Source: Hypanus sabinus (taxonomy: Eukaryota). Taken from it: a stretch of DNA of 64,000 nt. The translations under genes were made by a program, and so were the position numbers. Location: positions 57,288,001 through 57,352,000 of the forward strand of contig NC_082723.1 of NCBI RefSeq assembly GCF_030144855.1, written 5' to 3'. Shown here piece by piece: positions 53,151-64,000 of the stretch (positions within the stretch are counted from its first letter, which is position 1; every line of letters starts with the position of its first letter). The notes beneath the pieces were generated by a model. The model was not told where the DNA came from and searched no databases. It was given only the letters and a program-made list of their open reading frames with translations.

Positions 53151-56060
53151 CCTTGACTGCAATGTCCTGGTGAAACCTTTCACCATGCTCATCACTGACA
53201 GCACCAAGATTTGCAGGGAAGAAGTCTAAATGGTAATGCAGAAAATGAATCTTTAGTGACATGTTGCACTTCATGGTTTTATATGCTTGAAACATGTTGT
53301 CATCCAACTGCCTTCCATGCAGTTTTCTCTGATCCCGCTAGAAGTTCTTCAGCCTGCCTATCATCGATTACCTGTTTGATTTGTGGACCAACAAAAAAAT
53401 GTCTTCCTTCATCTTGGCATCAGTTACTCTGGGAAACATCTGTTTCAAATATCGAAATCCTTCACAGAAATTTGTAGCCTTTCTAAAGCCTGTCCTGCCA
53501 TGCAGCATCCACCATAAGCATGCCTGGACAAACAGAAAACACTTCAGCTTACATGTGGGGAACAGTTTAATTGACTTAAAATATAAATTGAAATAACAAA
53601 TATAGGTGATTTTAAAAAATGGTGCATGATAGGGAAATTTTGTGGTGACTTTCCCAATCAGCAGCCCAAAATCAATAAGATACACCCAAAAATATTCAGG
53701 AAGCAAAATCTTTGTTGTCTAGTGTTATTTTACAGATCAATGGCCCACAAAATAGGGACACATTGGATATATTCACATGTAGGTCAAAGGACAGAGGAAG
53801 GTAGAAATTTTCAGAAGAGCAAGCTGATACTCAATCTGCAAACCAAGGATCAAGGTTACAATCAATGTTAATAGCGTGGTTGGAATAGTTCAACTTAGCT
53901 GACAATACACAGTTGGATGGCAAAATAAATTTTAAGGGGGCAGAACAGGCTTATTGACAGACTAAGTAACTGGATAAAAAAAGTAGATGGAAGGTAAAGG
54001 GTAGAAAATAAAAATACATTTAAGTGTGATAAAATATTAACACTTGGTCTTCAAAGGGAGATTCAAAGTGTTCTTATAAATAAAATACAGAGCAAACATA
54101 AGTTATAAGTTTACAATCTGGAAAATAAATGATATGCTCATTTTTGTTGTGAGAGAATTGAAGTACAAGAGCCATAGTATATAGGATGGCCATTCAACCC
54201 ATCAGCACATTAACTGCCAGGCGTGCAATCCTAATAGCGCTCCTATTCATCCTGTACCCTTGCAAATTGCAAGTCCCATCAACCTACCCTCTTGATTTGT
54301 TCTTCCATTAATAGACCATAGGGCAAGTCTTCAGGGAATCCCATACAGTCAGGCACAGATATCAAAATCAACACCAAATCTGCACTCATGGAGCTGTAGG
54401 AACAGTTGTATTCATTGCTGCACCACTGTGCCACAACAGACTTAGCTCTGATCAAAGTCAAAGTAAAGTTCATTGTCATTTGCACAGCTGCAACAAAAAA
54501 CTTACTTGCTGCAGCATCACAGGCACAAAGCATCAGAAACAACGTTCACATGAAAAACATAAATTATACAAGAAAGGACACAATCAGAACAAAATAAAAC
54601 AAGGTCCATTGTAGGTCAAAGTGACCATGCTGTTGTTATACTAAGGTGGTGATTAGGGTTGCTTCAAGAGCCAAATGCAATTACAAGGACCTTGGGAGGA
54701 TACGCTTCCTGAGAAGTAGCACAGAAGTCCATATGAATCCTGGTGTGCAGGATTTGCTGAATAGCAGAAATTAAATTAATGGAGTTTCAAAGAATGAGAA
54801 ATTATATCAATGAAACGTTTAATTCTAAGAGGGATTAATAGGGTTTCCACTGGCTGGAGAGATCAACCTGTGATACACACCCAACCCATGAACTGGACCC
54901 ATCGCTACTGCATTCACCATCCTCACAATCTCAGCAACTTTGCTACAAGCTCAAATGGCCGCTTTCCTACCATCTTGGGTTACCAACAGTCTCGCTTGTG
55001 AAAGGGATATTGAATTTGCAGTTTGGTGTTAATAACAAGATTTTGATTTCCCCATACAATCATAGAGCCAGGAATCCTCAGGACAGCCCCAACAGCTGAA
55101 AGGGAGCTACCTGTAAGATAATCAGGCAGCAGAGCATTGGATTTGAAAGGAGCATGGTGTCTGCAGCTGAAGGTTGAAAAGTAGAACTCCCTCTAGTTAC
55201 CTTGTTACCCAATACTAGGCTTCTTTCCACAGAGCAGAACCAATCCTCTGGCCCCAACAAGTGGGCACAGGTCTAGATACCGGGGTCGGGAGCAGTATTT
55301 CCCAGCTTGTGGCTAATACGTGTGTGGAAGATTTAGATTGGTAAAGTGAATGAGCAATCTCGAAAAGCCTGACATTATTCACTTTAGCAGAAAAGTCAAA
55401 TACTTCCACTTTGAAAAATGGTGACAGCCCATTGTTGCATTCAAAGGGACCTGATACACAAAACACTGTATCTAATATGTCAATACACCAACCAATTAAG
55501 GTGCCAATGGTATGCTGTCCTTTACTGCAATGGAATTTGAATACAAGGGTAAAAATGCATTACCGTAATTATATAGGATGTATTGTTATAATTATATAGG
55601 ATCTTGATAATATCACAGAGCCGATTGTGTATATCTTCTTACCCTAAAAAATAAGATGTACTTGCTCTAGATTCTGCATCAAAGATTCACCAGGAATGAC
55701 GGGTCTTTCAAGAGACCAAACATGGGGTAGACTAGCCCTGCATTCCCTAGCGTTTAGAATTTGAAATAAATATTTAAAAAAAAACAATTTTTGGAGGTAC
55801 GATTCCGGGTATGACTGACGTGAGGAGAAATTTCCAGATTCAAATCGTTGGGAGTTCCCGACCCCAGCGGTGTGGAGGTTCTGTCAGAGTTTATGCAAAG
55901 CTCAGATGGACGGATATTGGAGCAATTAAAAAAAAACTATATGGGGTCGGGGCAGGGAAGCGGTGCTGGAGGTAGATCAGCCGTGATGTTGTTGAATGTG
56001 GTGCCGAGCATTATCAACTCCGCTCGGCCCTTCCGGCCTCTCCCAGGTCCGCGACCTTAC

Positions 56061-56200
56061 CTAGGAATGGCGTCTTTCCCGGTATGCGATTCCTCGCTCG
56101 GAAGCTGAGTCTTTCCCCGATTCTCGGTACTCGGCACCACGCAAGGCGGAGATCCCGCTCCTGCCGACGGGCGCTCTGCTCCGCCGATGGTCCTGCTCAC
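56061..56200 (-). other. TMEM203: Predicted non-coding exon 1 of TMEM203 (5' end approximate)
   Basis: Minus-strand donor CCTAG|GTAAGG at 56061/56060 pairs with the acceptor at 48195, giving an intron of about 7.9 kb. Confidence 0.65.
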
Positions 56201-56257
56201 TCGCACCAGCAACGGCTCGCACTGCGCAGCCGCACGATGGGCTCTCCTCTCGCGAGA

Positions 56258-56305
56258 CTGCGCGCGGGAGCCCGGCGGCGGCCGTGTCGCAAAACGTCGG
56301 GAATC
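56258..56305 (+). other. Predicted first exon of a divergent gene (NDOR1 by synteny only; 5' end approximate)
   Basis: Donor ATC|GTGAGT at 56305/56306 at the island edge. Confidence 0.5.
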
Positions 56306-56744
56306 GTGAGTACGGGAAGGGAGCGAGAGGTGTCTGAGGGTGACGATAGGGAGTGGGTATCGGAGAGTAAGAGAGGAATGAGAGGTGCCTGAGGGAGTTG
56401 TGGGTGAGGAAGTGGAAGGCAGGAATGATGGTGTGGGTGGTTGGGGAGGTGAGTGAGGGATATCTAAGGTGTGGGTGAGTTGAGTGAGGGATGTCTGGAG
56501 AGGTGAGTGAAGATGAAAGTTGGTGGGTTCTCGAGGTGTCGAGGGGAGTGAGGCAGATATCCGGTAGGCGAGGATAGTAAGGGGCTTTGATGTGGGATTG
56601 CTGAGAAAAGTAAAAGAGGCTGCCAAGAAGAGTGATGGGTGTCTTGGAAGGGTTGAGGGTGATAGAGGGCATGAGGTTCTGGAGTTGGTTGGTGATGAGA
56701 GTAAGAGGGAGGTGGAGAGAGTAAAGCGACCCTATCATATTGAA

Positions 56745-56913
56745 CAAACCTGAGGAAATCTGCAGATGCTGGAAATTCAAACAACAACAACACACAAAAT
56801 GCTGGTGGAACACAGCAGGCCAGGCAGCATCTATAGGGAGAAGCGCTGTCGACAGTGCTTCTCCCTATAGATGCTGCCTGGCCTGCTGTGTTCCACCAGC
56901 ATTTTGTGTGTGT
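56745..56913. mobile_element. Penelope-derived fold-back insertion (122-bp palindrome) with a 12-bp TSD
   Basis: 56790-56911 is self-complementary with one mismatch and no spacer; TATCATATTGAA occurs at 56733-56744 and 56914-56925. Confidence 0.9.
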
Positions 56914-58139
56914 TATCATATTGAAAACGGTTGGGGAGAGTAGGTATGTTTAAGATGGTTTGGCAAGTGAAAATGATATGCGGAGAGAAAGGGAGTATGT
57001 GGGGGGGGGGGGACACCTGTTCATGTAATCTGGAAAGTGTGACAAGATAATGCAAACCTATTTAGTCTACGAACAGTAAATGAAAAAGTGACAAATTGTG
57101 AAGAACTGTAATCTTGAGCACAGTATGGGAGGCAAGAGGTGTTACATCTATTATGCTGTAAGCAATTGATGTAAACAGCTAAAGTGTAATGGTTGGTAGA
57201 TGCCCCTTCAGGGCAATGTGCACTCTGGAGTTGGAGTGAAAATGAATTTTACAGACAGAAGTGCTAATGAGTTAAATAGTAGAGTGTGAAAGGTCGAAAT
57301 AAAGGGCTTGCATTTAGTGAAGGATGGGGGATGTTCTATTATTTGCTGGATTATGTGTTACTGATGTCAATAACACATTCAACACTGCATGTGACATGGG
57401 ACTATTTTAACAGTTGTGCTTTCTAATTGTTACAATCTACATTTGCCTTCAGTTCAAGGACATGAACTGAAGAGTCCATTTCTGTGTTGTATGACTGTAT
57501 CAGCCAATGTGTATATTTATAGTTTGGTATACACAGCCAGGAGTTACTGCGCACCAAGATAATAATTTTTTTTCTTCACTATATGCACTAATTTGTTCTT
57601 AGTGATTAAAACTTGCATCTCAACTTTTTGTTTTCTTCTGCTCTCGATCATCACCCTTCTGTCCTCTCCCTCATAAACTCTCTTAGCCAGACTCAAGGGT
57701 AGTTCTCAGATTCATTTAGTTCAGCAGCGAATTACCAGTTTCATTCGTTCAGCACAACATCGTGGTTCCTGCGCAAACCTGTTCTATATTATCAACATAT
57801 AAAATAAATTTCAAGTAGCAATACTGAGATGTGATGTTGACCAACATGTGGTAGTGTATGGAAATTTGTAGCAAGATATAATGAGCCTTTAGCAAAGAAC
57901 ATCATGTTTTTATGATGAACAATCCAATTGAATGTGCATCCAGTTAAGTACTTTATATTTCTGTGCTCAATTATACTAAGATTAAAATAACAGTTGTAAT
58001 TTGTAATTTTCACAAATGTTTTCATTAATGGCAGCCATTTTTCAAGTAGTTGGTTTAACCAGTTCAGTGACGGTGAATGGTGTAAATGGGGCTAAGTGGA
58101 CATAGTAATCCTGACCATTTCTACATCAGATATTCAGGT

Positions 58140-58640
58140 CTTGACCATAACACATCAGAGCAGAATTGGGCCATTTGACCCATCGAGTCTACTGCACTAT
58201 TCCATTATCTTCCCTATCTATACCATTCTCCTGCCTTCTCTCATGAACCTCTGACTAATAAACAACTATCAGCATCCACTTTAAATATACCAAATGATGT
58301 GGCCTCTACAACTGTCTGTGGCAATGATTATCATGTATTCACTACTCTGGTGAAAGAAATTCTTCCTCATCTCAGTTCTAAAGGGACATTCCCCACCACT
58401 ATAGGAAACATCCTCTCCATGCCCTCTCTGTCAAGGCTTTTCATTGTTCAATAGGTTTTAATGAGAGCCCCCTCCCCAATTCTTTCAAACTTCAGCCAGT
58501 ACAGGCCCAGAGCCATCAGATGCTCCTCATAGTTAACCCTTTCATTCCTGAGATCATTCTTGTGAACCTCCTCTAGGCCCTCTCCAATGCCAGCACATCC
58601 TTTCTTAGATAAAGGGTCCAAAGCTGCTCGGAATACTATC
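58140..58640 (-). mobile_element. CR1 3' fragment
   Basis: NYEEHLMALGLYWLKFERI on the minus strand; CR1 3' tail at the left end. Confidence 0.75.
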
Positions 58641-58769
58641 ACAAAGTTACTTATTCAGGTGTTTCTGTTAACTGTTGTCTTTGCATGTTGAGAGGTGAAA
58701 TAACTTTATGATGTACAGTGCTATCAAAGATTATGGGGCATTAATGCAAAACAGTAGGAGTTATTTTTA

Positions 58770-59270
58770 TATAACTTGGAGGAGCAACAACTCTTATTCT
58801 GTCTGGGTAACCTCCAAAGTGAGGGCATGAATATCGATTTCTCCTTCCAGTGAACAAATATCCCTTCCACTCTATTCGCCACTCTGACCTTTCAATTCTT
58901 CTCAGCTGCCTACTATTTCCCCCGGGTCCCCTCCTCCTTCCCTTCCTCCTATTGTCCACTTTCCTCTCCTATCAGATTCTTTCTTCTTCTGCCGACCTTG
59001 CCTACCTGCTTGACTCTCCTTCCAGCTAGCCTCCTTCCCCTCACTCTCCTCCCACTTTTTTATTCTGGCATCTTCCCCCTTCATTCTCAGTACTGATGAA
59101 GGGTTTTGGCCTGAAACATTGACACCATAGGCTCCTCTCCCACTCTCAGACACCTCTCCCCTTTCGTCACCCTCAGACACTCCCATCCACAGACGCTGCC
59201 CGGCTTGCTGGGTTCCTCCAGCATTCTGTGTGTGTTGCTTTAAACTTCCAACATCTGCAGACTTAGTTAT
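58770..59270 (+). mobile_element. Penelope 3' end with hammerhead-like motif
   Basis: ttggaggagcaacaactc (LEEQ, as at 5968); pyrimidine tract; CTGATGA-A-GGGT-TTTG-GCCT-GAAA-CATT at 59093-59120; terminal repeat. Confidence 0.85.
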
Positions 59271-60042
59271 TTCTATAAGTTGTTACTAAACTCTCAAGCA
59301 GGTATTCAGCAAACAGAATGGACAGGGTCTGGTTGAGCAAAAATAGACTGACTCCTGGGTGTTGCTTCTGGTTTGTACAGTTTCTACCCACAACAAACTG
59401 ACAGCTCTCCTGAGTAGGAGAGGCAAGCACAGGCCAGCGTTATTGTAGAGTTCTCACCCTTCTGCCCATTGTCGGTGTCTGTGATGAAAAATCAAACAAA
59501 TGAAGTTCCCCTTCTGGAAGCCCATTCGGAGCCATGGACCTGTCCTTCCCATGGCTTCTCGGTCTGAGACCTAGCCACTCAGCTCACTTCAGATGCGATA
59601 GCAGAACCCACACCACCTCCACCACAGCTTTCTCACTTGTACAAAGGCTGGGCAATTCCTCCCTCTCAGCAACCAGGGGTTGATAAGCCATTGGAAAGGT
59701 CACTAGCATGGCACGTGGGAAGCAAGTTCAAGTTTGATTGTCATTCAACCATACATGAATACCCAATACAGCTACTGAAGGAAAGTGTTGACAGTTTCAG
59801 CAGTATCAGTCCGGTGGGTGATTCATCTAAATATTACACCCAACATCTAAATCTTAGCCCTGTTTCTGTTGCCACAGATACAGCCTTACCTGCTGAGTTC
59901 TTCCAGCATTTTGATATCTTTTTTTAAAATTTGAGATTTTTAGCACCCACCGTTTTTTTTTACTTTTTCTGATACAACATAATCTGTTTGTTCAATCACA
60001 TTCTCAGCTAATTTTCAGATTCCTTGACCCTGACCGCTATAG

Positions 60043-60172
60043 CCGTCCTGCCAAAGGGTTTTGGCCTGGAAAGTTGACTGTACTCTTTTCCTAGACGCTG
60101 CCTATCCTGCTGAGTTCCTCCAGCATTTTGTGTGTGTTGCTTGGATTTCCAGCATCTGCAGATTTTCTCTTA
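60043..60172 (+). repeat. Penelope terminal repeat
   Basis: agggttttggcctggaaagttgactg..ctgctgagttcctccagcattttgtgtgtgttgcttggatttccagcatctgcag. Confidence 0.8.
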
Positions 60173-61584
60173 TTTATAGCTGCCTCCTTTTCTGGTGTTT
60201 GCCTTGGACTTGCTCTGCCTTCGCTCCCCGAATCCCAATGGTTGCATGCTCGAGTGGTTTAAAACACAAGTACAGGATGAAGCAATTGGCTGTAGTCTGA
60301 TTATTGTTTTGTGCCATTTACTGTTGAACTGCCCAGTCCTCCAGACTCACCCTGATTACCTTTGTTCCTTTTCCCTGCCACCATTTGCTCTTCCCCTTTA
60401 ACCATCACTAAGTCTGAGGAGTTCATGTAATTTTATCATAAATTCAAGAACATTTACAAACTCTGTTTGGAGTGGAAAACCTTCCTGTGTCAGATACACC
60501 ACATGTTTCTGTGTTACTGTTCTCTCCTCCTAGCTTGGAACACCAATGAGATCTACTCTATGCTTTTTTCTAATGCAAACTCCTACCCCCATACTGACTA
60601 ATACTGGATGTGACTCCTGCTTCTCTTTCTTTCCGAAATCTCTAGTCTGTCTTCAAATTACTTGAACACCTTCACCCGATTGGGGCCTAATTTTCTGACA
60701 GCTCTACATTTGAGCCCTTACTTCCCCCTCACCCCTCACCCTTTCTTGCTACAGTTTGGTTCCTCAGTTTGTCTGAGTGACTGCTAACTAAGTCAGATTG
60801 ATATTTGTTTTAACAGTGTCTTGGTAAACTACGCCCAGTCCTTCTGTCCTTGCCTCTGACTTTGTTCAACATCTCACACAATTGATCATGCCATTCTCTT
60901 GCATTATACTGCTGGGTCAGTGAGAACACATCCACAAAGTCCTACGCTTGCTATTTGTTGCCAGAGCTTCAAATGCAATATTCCTTCACTGTTACCTTTG
61001 TGATCTGCTTTACTATCTGACAGCCCCATCAAACAACAGTGCCAGTTTTCCACAACATTGCTTAGCACTTGGTGATTTTGCATTCCTCTTGTACCTCAGT
61101 CTCCTTCAGGTAAACATTGATCAAATCGACACTGTGATCACCAGTCCCTGGCACAGACTCTGTTCCCTTGCTACAGTACTCCCTTCTACCTCTTCGACTG
61201 TGTCAGACTGAATCTGATCGTTTGCATGGTAGCATTCTCTTTGAATGTGGGATGGACTTCCAGTGCCCGATTATCTCCATCTTAAAACTGCCTACTTTCC
61301 CCTCTTGCTTCAGCCCATTTTCTACTGCAGCACATTTTGATGGTGTGGCTGCCTCTCTCTGCAAATGCTACCTGAGCTGGAGAGTATCTGTAGATTGTTG
61401 TTTATTTACAGAACAAGTAACTTATTTGCTACTAACGATCCATTTACTGTTTTATTGCTTGCTCAGACGGGACTTGGTTCGAATTGTATTCTGAAGCTGA
61501 TTCTGTGGTGATGTATGGTAAGTGTTTCATTAGCCTGTCATGTTCTGTAGCTATAATTAAACCTGTACACGATTCACAGAATGG

Positions 61585-61885
61585 GAGCACAGCTACTCAC
61601 TGGTTGGAGCTGCTGCCTCATAGTTCTAAGCATCCAAGTTCAATGCTGACCTTCAGTACAGTCTGGTATGGAGTTGGCTTGTTCTCCCTGTAGCAACACG
61701 TCTCTGATTTCAGACCACGGGCTAATAATGTTTGATTGAAGACTAAATGGCTACTGTAAATTGCTTGTAGAGTTGATGGGGAAAATCAGGAGTGGGGTAG
61801 GTCGAGTTGTTGGGGATATGAGGGGGAACACTGTGTTGTGTAGATGGTGCTTGTCAGGCTGTGCTTGTGTTTCCATGCTGTTTAA
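61585..61885 (+). mobile_element. Degenerate V-SINE
   Basis: gctgcctcatagttctaagcatccaagttcaat..ggagttggcttgttctccctgt. Confidence 0.6.
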
Positions 61886-61944
61886 CCCTCACTATGATGA
61901 CACATCATTAGGGGAAATTTTTCAGTAATCCATGCTGTTGAGTC

Positions 61945-63765
61945 TCTCAAAAGCAGAGGTGGTGGTGTATTTCTCATGATCAACTCCTTGTGTACTAATG
62001 TGTCAGAGACATCCCAGTTTTGCTAACCAGACCTGGAATATTCTGCAATTAAGTGCCGTCCATTATACCTGCTGCAGGAGATTTCAGCGATTCTTTTCGG
62101 TAGCAGTGTACGTTCCACCTCATCAAAGAGACTCTAGATTATCTATCCGATGAAGGCAACCTGCACGAAACAGCACAGCCATTCCCCATCATTTTGGGGG
62201 GGAGTTGTTAACCAAGCCGGCTTGAAAAAGTCACTAAATAATTATCATCAATAAGTCACTTTTAGTACCAGAGGAAACAACACATTGGACCACTGTTACA
62301 CTGAGATCATGAGTGCTTACTGTTCTATTCCACATCTATACTGGAAGGTCTGATCACCTGGCCTTACTTCTACTCCCTGAGTTTAGGCAGAGACTGAAGA
62401 CTGCAGCACCAGTAGTGAGGTCCAAGAAGGTATGGACAAGGGAAGCACAGGAGCACCTACAGGACTGCTTTGAATTGGTGAACTGGACTGTATTCAGGGA
62501 TTCATCTTTGAATCTGGATGAGTATGCCCCAGTTGTTACCAGCTTCACTGAAACCTGGATGAGTGTGTGCCTACAAAGACTTGCTGTACAATCCCAAACC
62601 AAAAGCTGTGGATGAACCAGGATGTTTGTCATCTGTTGAGGGCTAGATCTGTGGCATTTAAGTCTGGTGAGCCAGGTCTGTACGAGAAAACCAGGTATGA
62701 CTTGCAGAGGGCCATTTCAAGAGCGAGGATGGAGGTGACATCGGAAGCGCGTCAACTCTGGCGGGGTTTGTAGGACATTACTTCCTACAAAGTGAAACCC
62801 AATAGCATGAATGGCAGCGATGCTTCGCTACCAATGAGCTCAATGCCTTCTATGCCCACTTTCAAAAGGAGAATGTAACTACAGCTGGGAAGGTCCCTGC
62901 TGCACCCAATGCGATGTGATCTCTTTCTTGGAGATCGAAGTCAGGCTGTCTTTCAAGTGGGTAAACCTTCACAAGGCAGCAAGCCCTGATGGAGTACCTG
63001 TTGAGGCTCTGAAAATTTGTGCCAACCAACTGGCGAGTGTATTCAAGGACATTTTCAACCTCTCATTGCTACAGTCGGAAGTTCCCACCTGCTTCAAAAG
63101 GGCAAGAGTGCCCAAGAAAAGAAGTGTGAGCTGCCTTGATGACTGTCGTCCAGTAGCACTCACATCTACAGTGATGAAATTCTTTGAGCGGTTGGTCATG
63201 GCTAGAATGAAGTCTACTGCAATACTCAAACTTCTACAGATATACTGTAGATATATACAGATATATTACAGATATATTCTGACAGGCTGTATCACTGTCT
63301 GGTATGATGGGGTGCGGGGGCTATTGCACAGGATCAAAAGAAACAACAGTAAGTTGTAAAATTAATCAGCTCCATCTTGGATACTAATTTTTGTAATACC
63401 CGAGACATCCTCAAGGAGTGGTGGTTCAGAAAGGCAACATCCATTATTAAGGACTCCCATTATACAGGGCATGCCCTCTTTTCATTGTTACTGTTAGGAA
63501 GTGGGTATAGAACCCTGTACGCACACACTGCAATTCTGGAAGAGCTTTTTCCCCTTTGCCATCCGAATCCTAAATGGACATTAAACCCATGAACACTCCC
63601 TCACTTTTATTATTTCTGTATTTGCATTATTTTTAATTCAACTATTTAATATATATACTTACTGTAATTGATTTACTTTGGTATTGTATTGTACTGCTGC
63701 CACTAAGTTAATAAATTTCACGACATATGCCCAAGATATTAAACCTGATTCTGATAATTCTGATG
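61945..63765 (+). mobile_element. Rex1/Babar LINE, internally deleted
   Basis: APE remnant (LDHCY, GRSDHLALLLLP), KAASPDGVP and [18 protein letters not shown]; 3' tail attaaacctgattctgat. Confidence 0.9.
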
Positions 63766-64000
63766 ATAGTCATTTTTATTGGCATATCATCATTCATTGG
63801 ATTTCAGAAAACAAAGTGTGTGATTAAAGGACATTATGTTGCAACATGCAACTTGTGAGATGGTGCCCCCTGTACTTGCATCAAGTGTGGTGTATATTTT
63901 GGTTATTGAATGTAGCTGACATCAATAGGTAGCTTGGGGCTGTGTAAGTTTTGCCTCGTCATCTCCCGGCCTCTAATACCATGCTTCATTCTTTTCTTGC

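Larger units (their letters stand above)
50285..53724 (-). mobile_element. Chapaev3-like (CMC superfamily) DNA transposon, internally deleted and split by CR1 insertions
   Basis: Ends CACTGGATAAGAAGATTTT and (reverse complement) CACTAGACAACAAAGATTTT, with TTA on both flanks. Minus-strand peptides EGFRYLKQMFPRVTDAKMKE, MSLKIHFLHYHLDFFPANLGAVSDEHGERFHQDI (about 53150-53270) and MLADYCWTLKRE (about 50517-50552). Confidence 0.85.
56020..56330. promoter_or_regulatory. Bidirectional CpG-island promoter
   Basis: CpG-dense. Palindromic TCTCGCGAGA at 56248-56257, CGGAAG ETS-like site at about 56099, ATGGCG YY1-like core at about 56067. Outward-facing donors on both strands. Confidence 0.85.

Noticed and set aside
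56790-56911. Canonical pre-miRNA gene
   Set aside because: Loop-less, repeat-derived, TSD-flanked hairpin with no expression evidence.
56057-56919. Long ORFs (189, 250 and 151 aa) over the CpG island and palindrome
   Set aside because: By-products of GC-rich, low-complexity and palindromic sequence; no recognisable protein.
61440-61500. VLLLAQTG resembling the NDOR1 flavodoxin motif GSQTGTA
   Set aside because: Weak match followed by a stop; the rest of the NDOR1 N-terminus is absent.
63235-63280. Short acagatata tandem repeat
   Set aside because: Local slippage at a deletion junction inside Rex1; no sign of function.

Overview
Eukaryotic, repeat-rich vertebrate DNA, most likely from a cartilaginous fish such as a ray or skate. 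That assignment is inferred from HE1/V-SINE-like SINEs plus abundant CR1, Rex1 and Penelope-like elements. Two protein-coding genes are recognisable, both on the minus strand. The first is the large first coding exon of taperin (TPRN, about 24822-27152, in a CpG island); its remaining exons were not found and probably lie left of the window. The second is the complete TMEM203 CDS (47667-48077), whose predicted non-coding first exon lies in a bidirectional CpG-island promoter at about 56.0-56.3 kb. A divergent + strand gene probably starts in the same island (NDOR1 by human synteny, but no NDOR1 coding exon is seen). Most of the rest is decayed transposons: two long-TIR Tc1 elements, Tigger-, mariner- and Tc1-like MITEs, a Chapaev3-like element with nested CR1s, and many LINE/SINE pieces. 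The best candidate for an unusual system is a Penelope-like retroelement family whose terminal repeat carries a minimal hammerhead-ribozyme motif, seen in at least 5 decayed copies with one compensatory stem change. A young, TSD-flanked, spacer-less 122-bp palindrome from this family has its symmetry axis exactly at the predicted ribozyme cleavage site. Most short ORFs in the track are repeat-derived or spurious. Repeat boundaries are approximate unless TIRs or TSDs are quoted.
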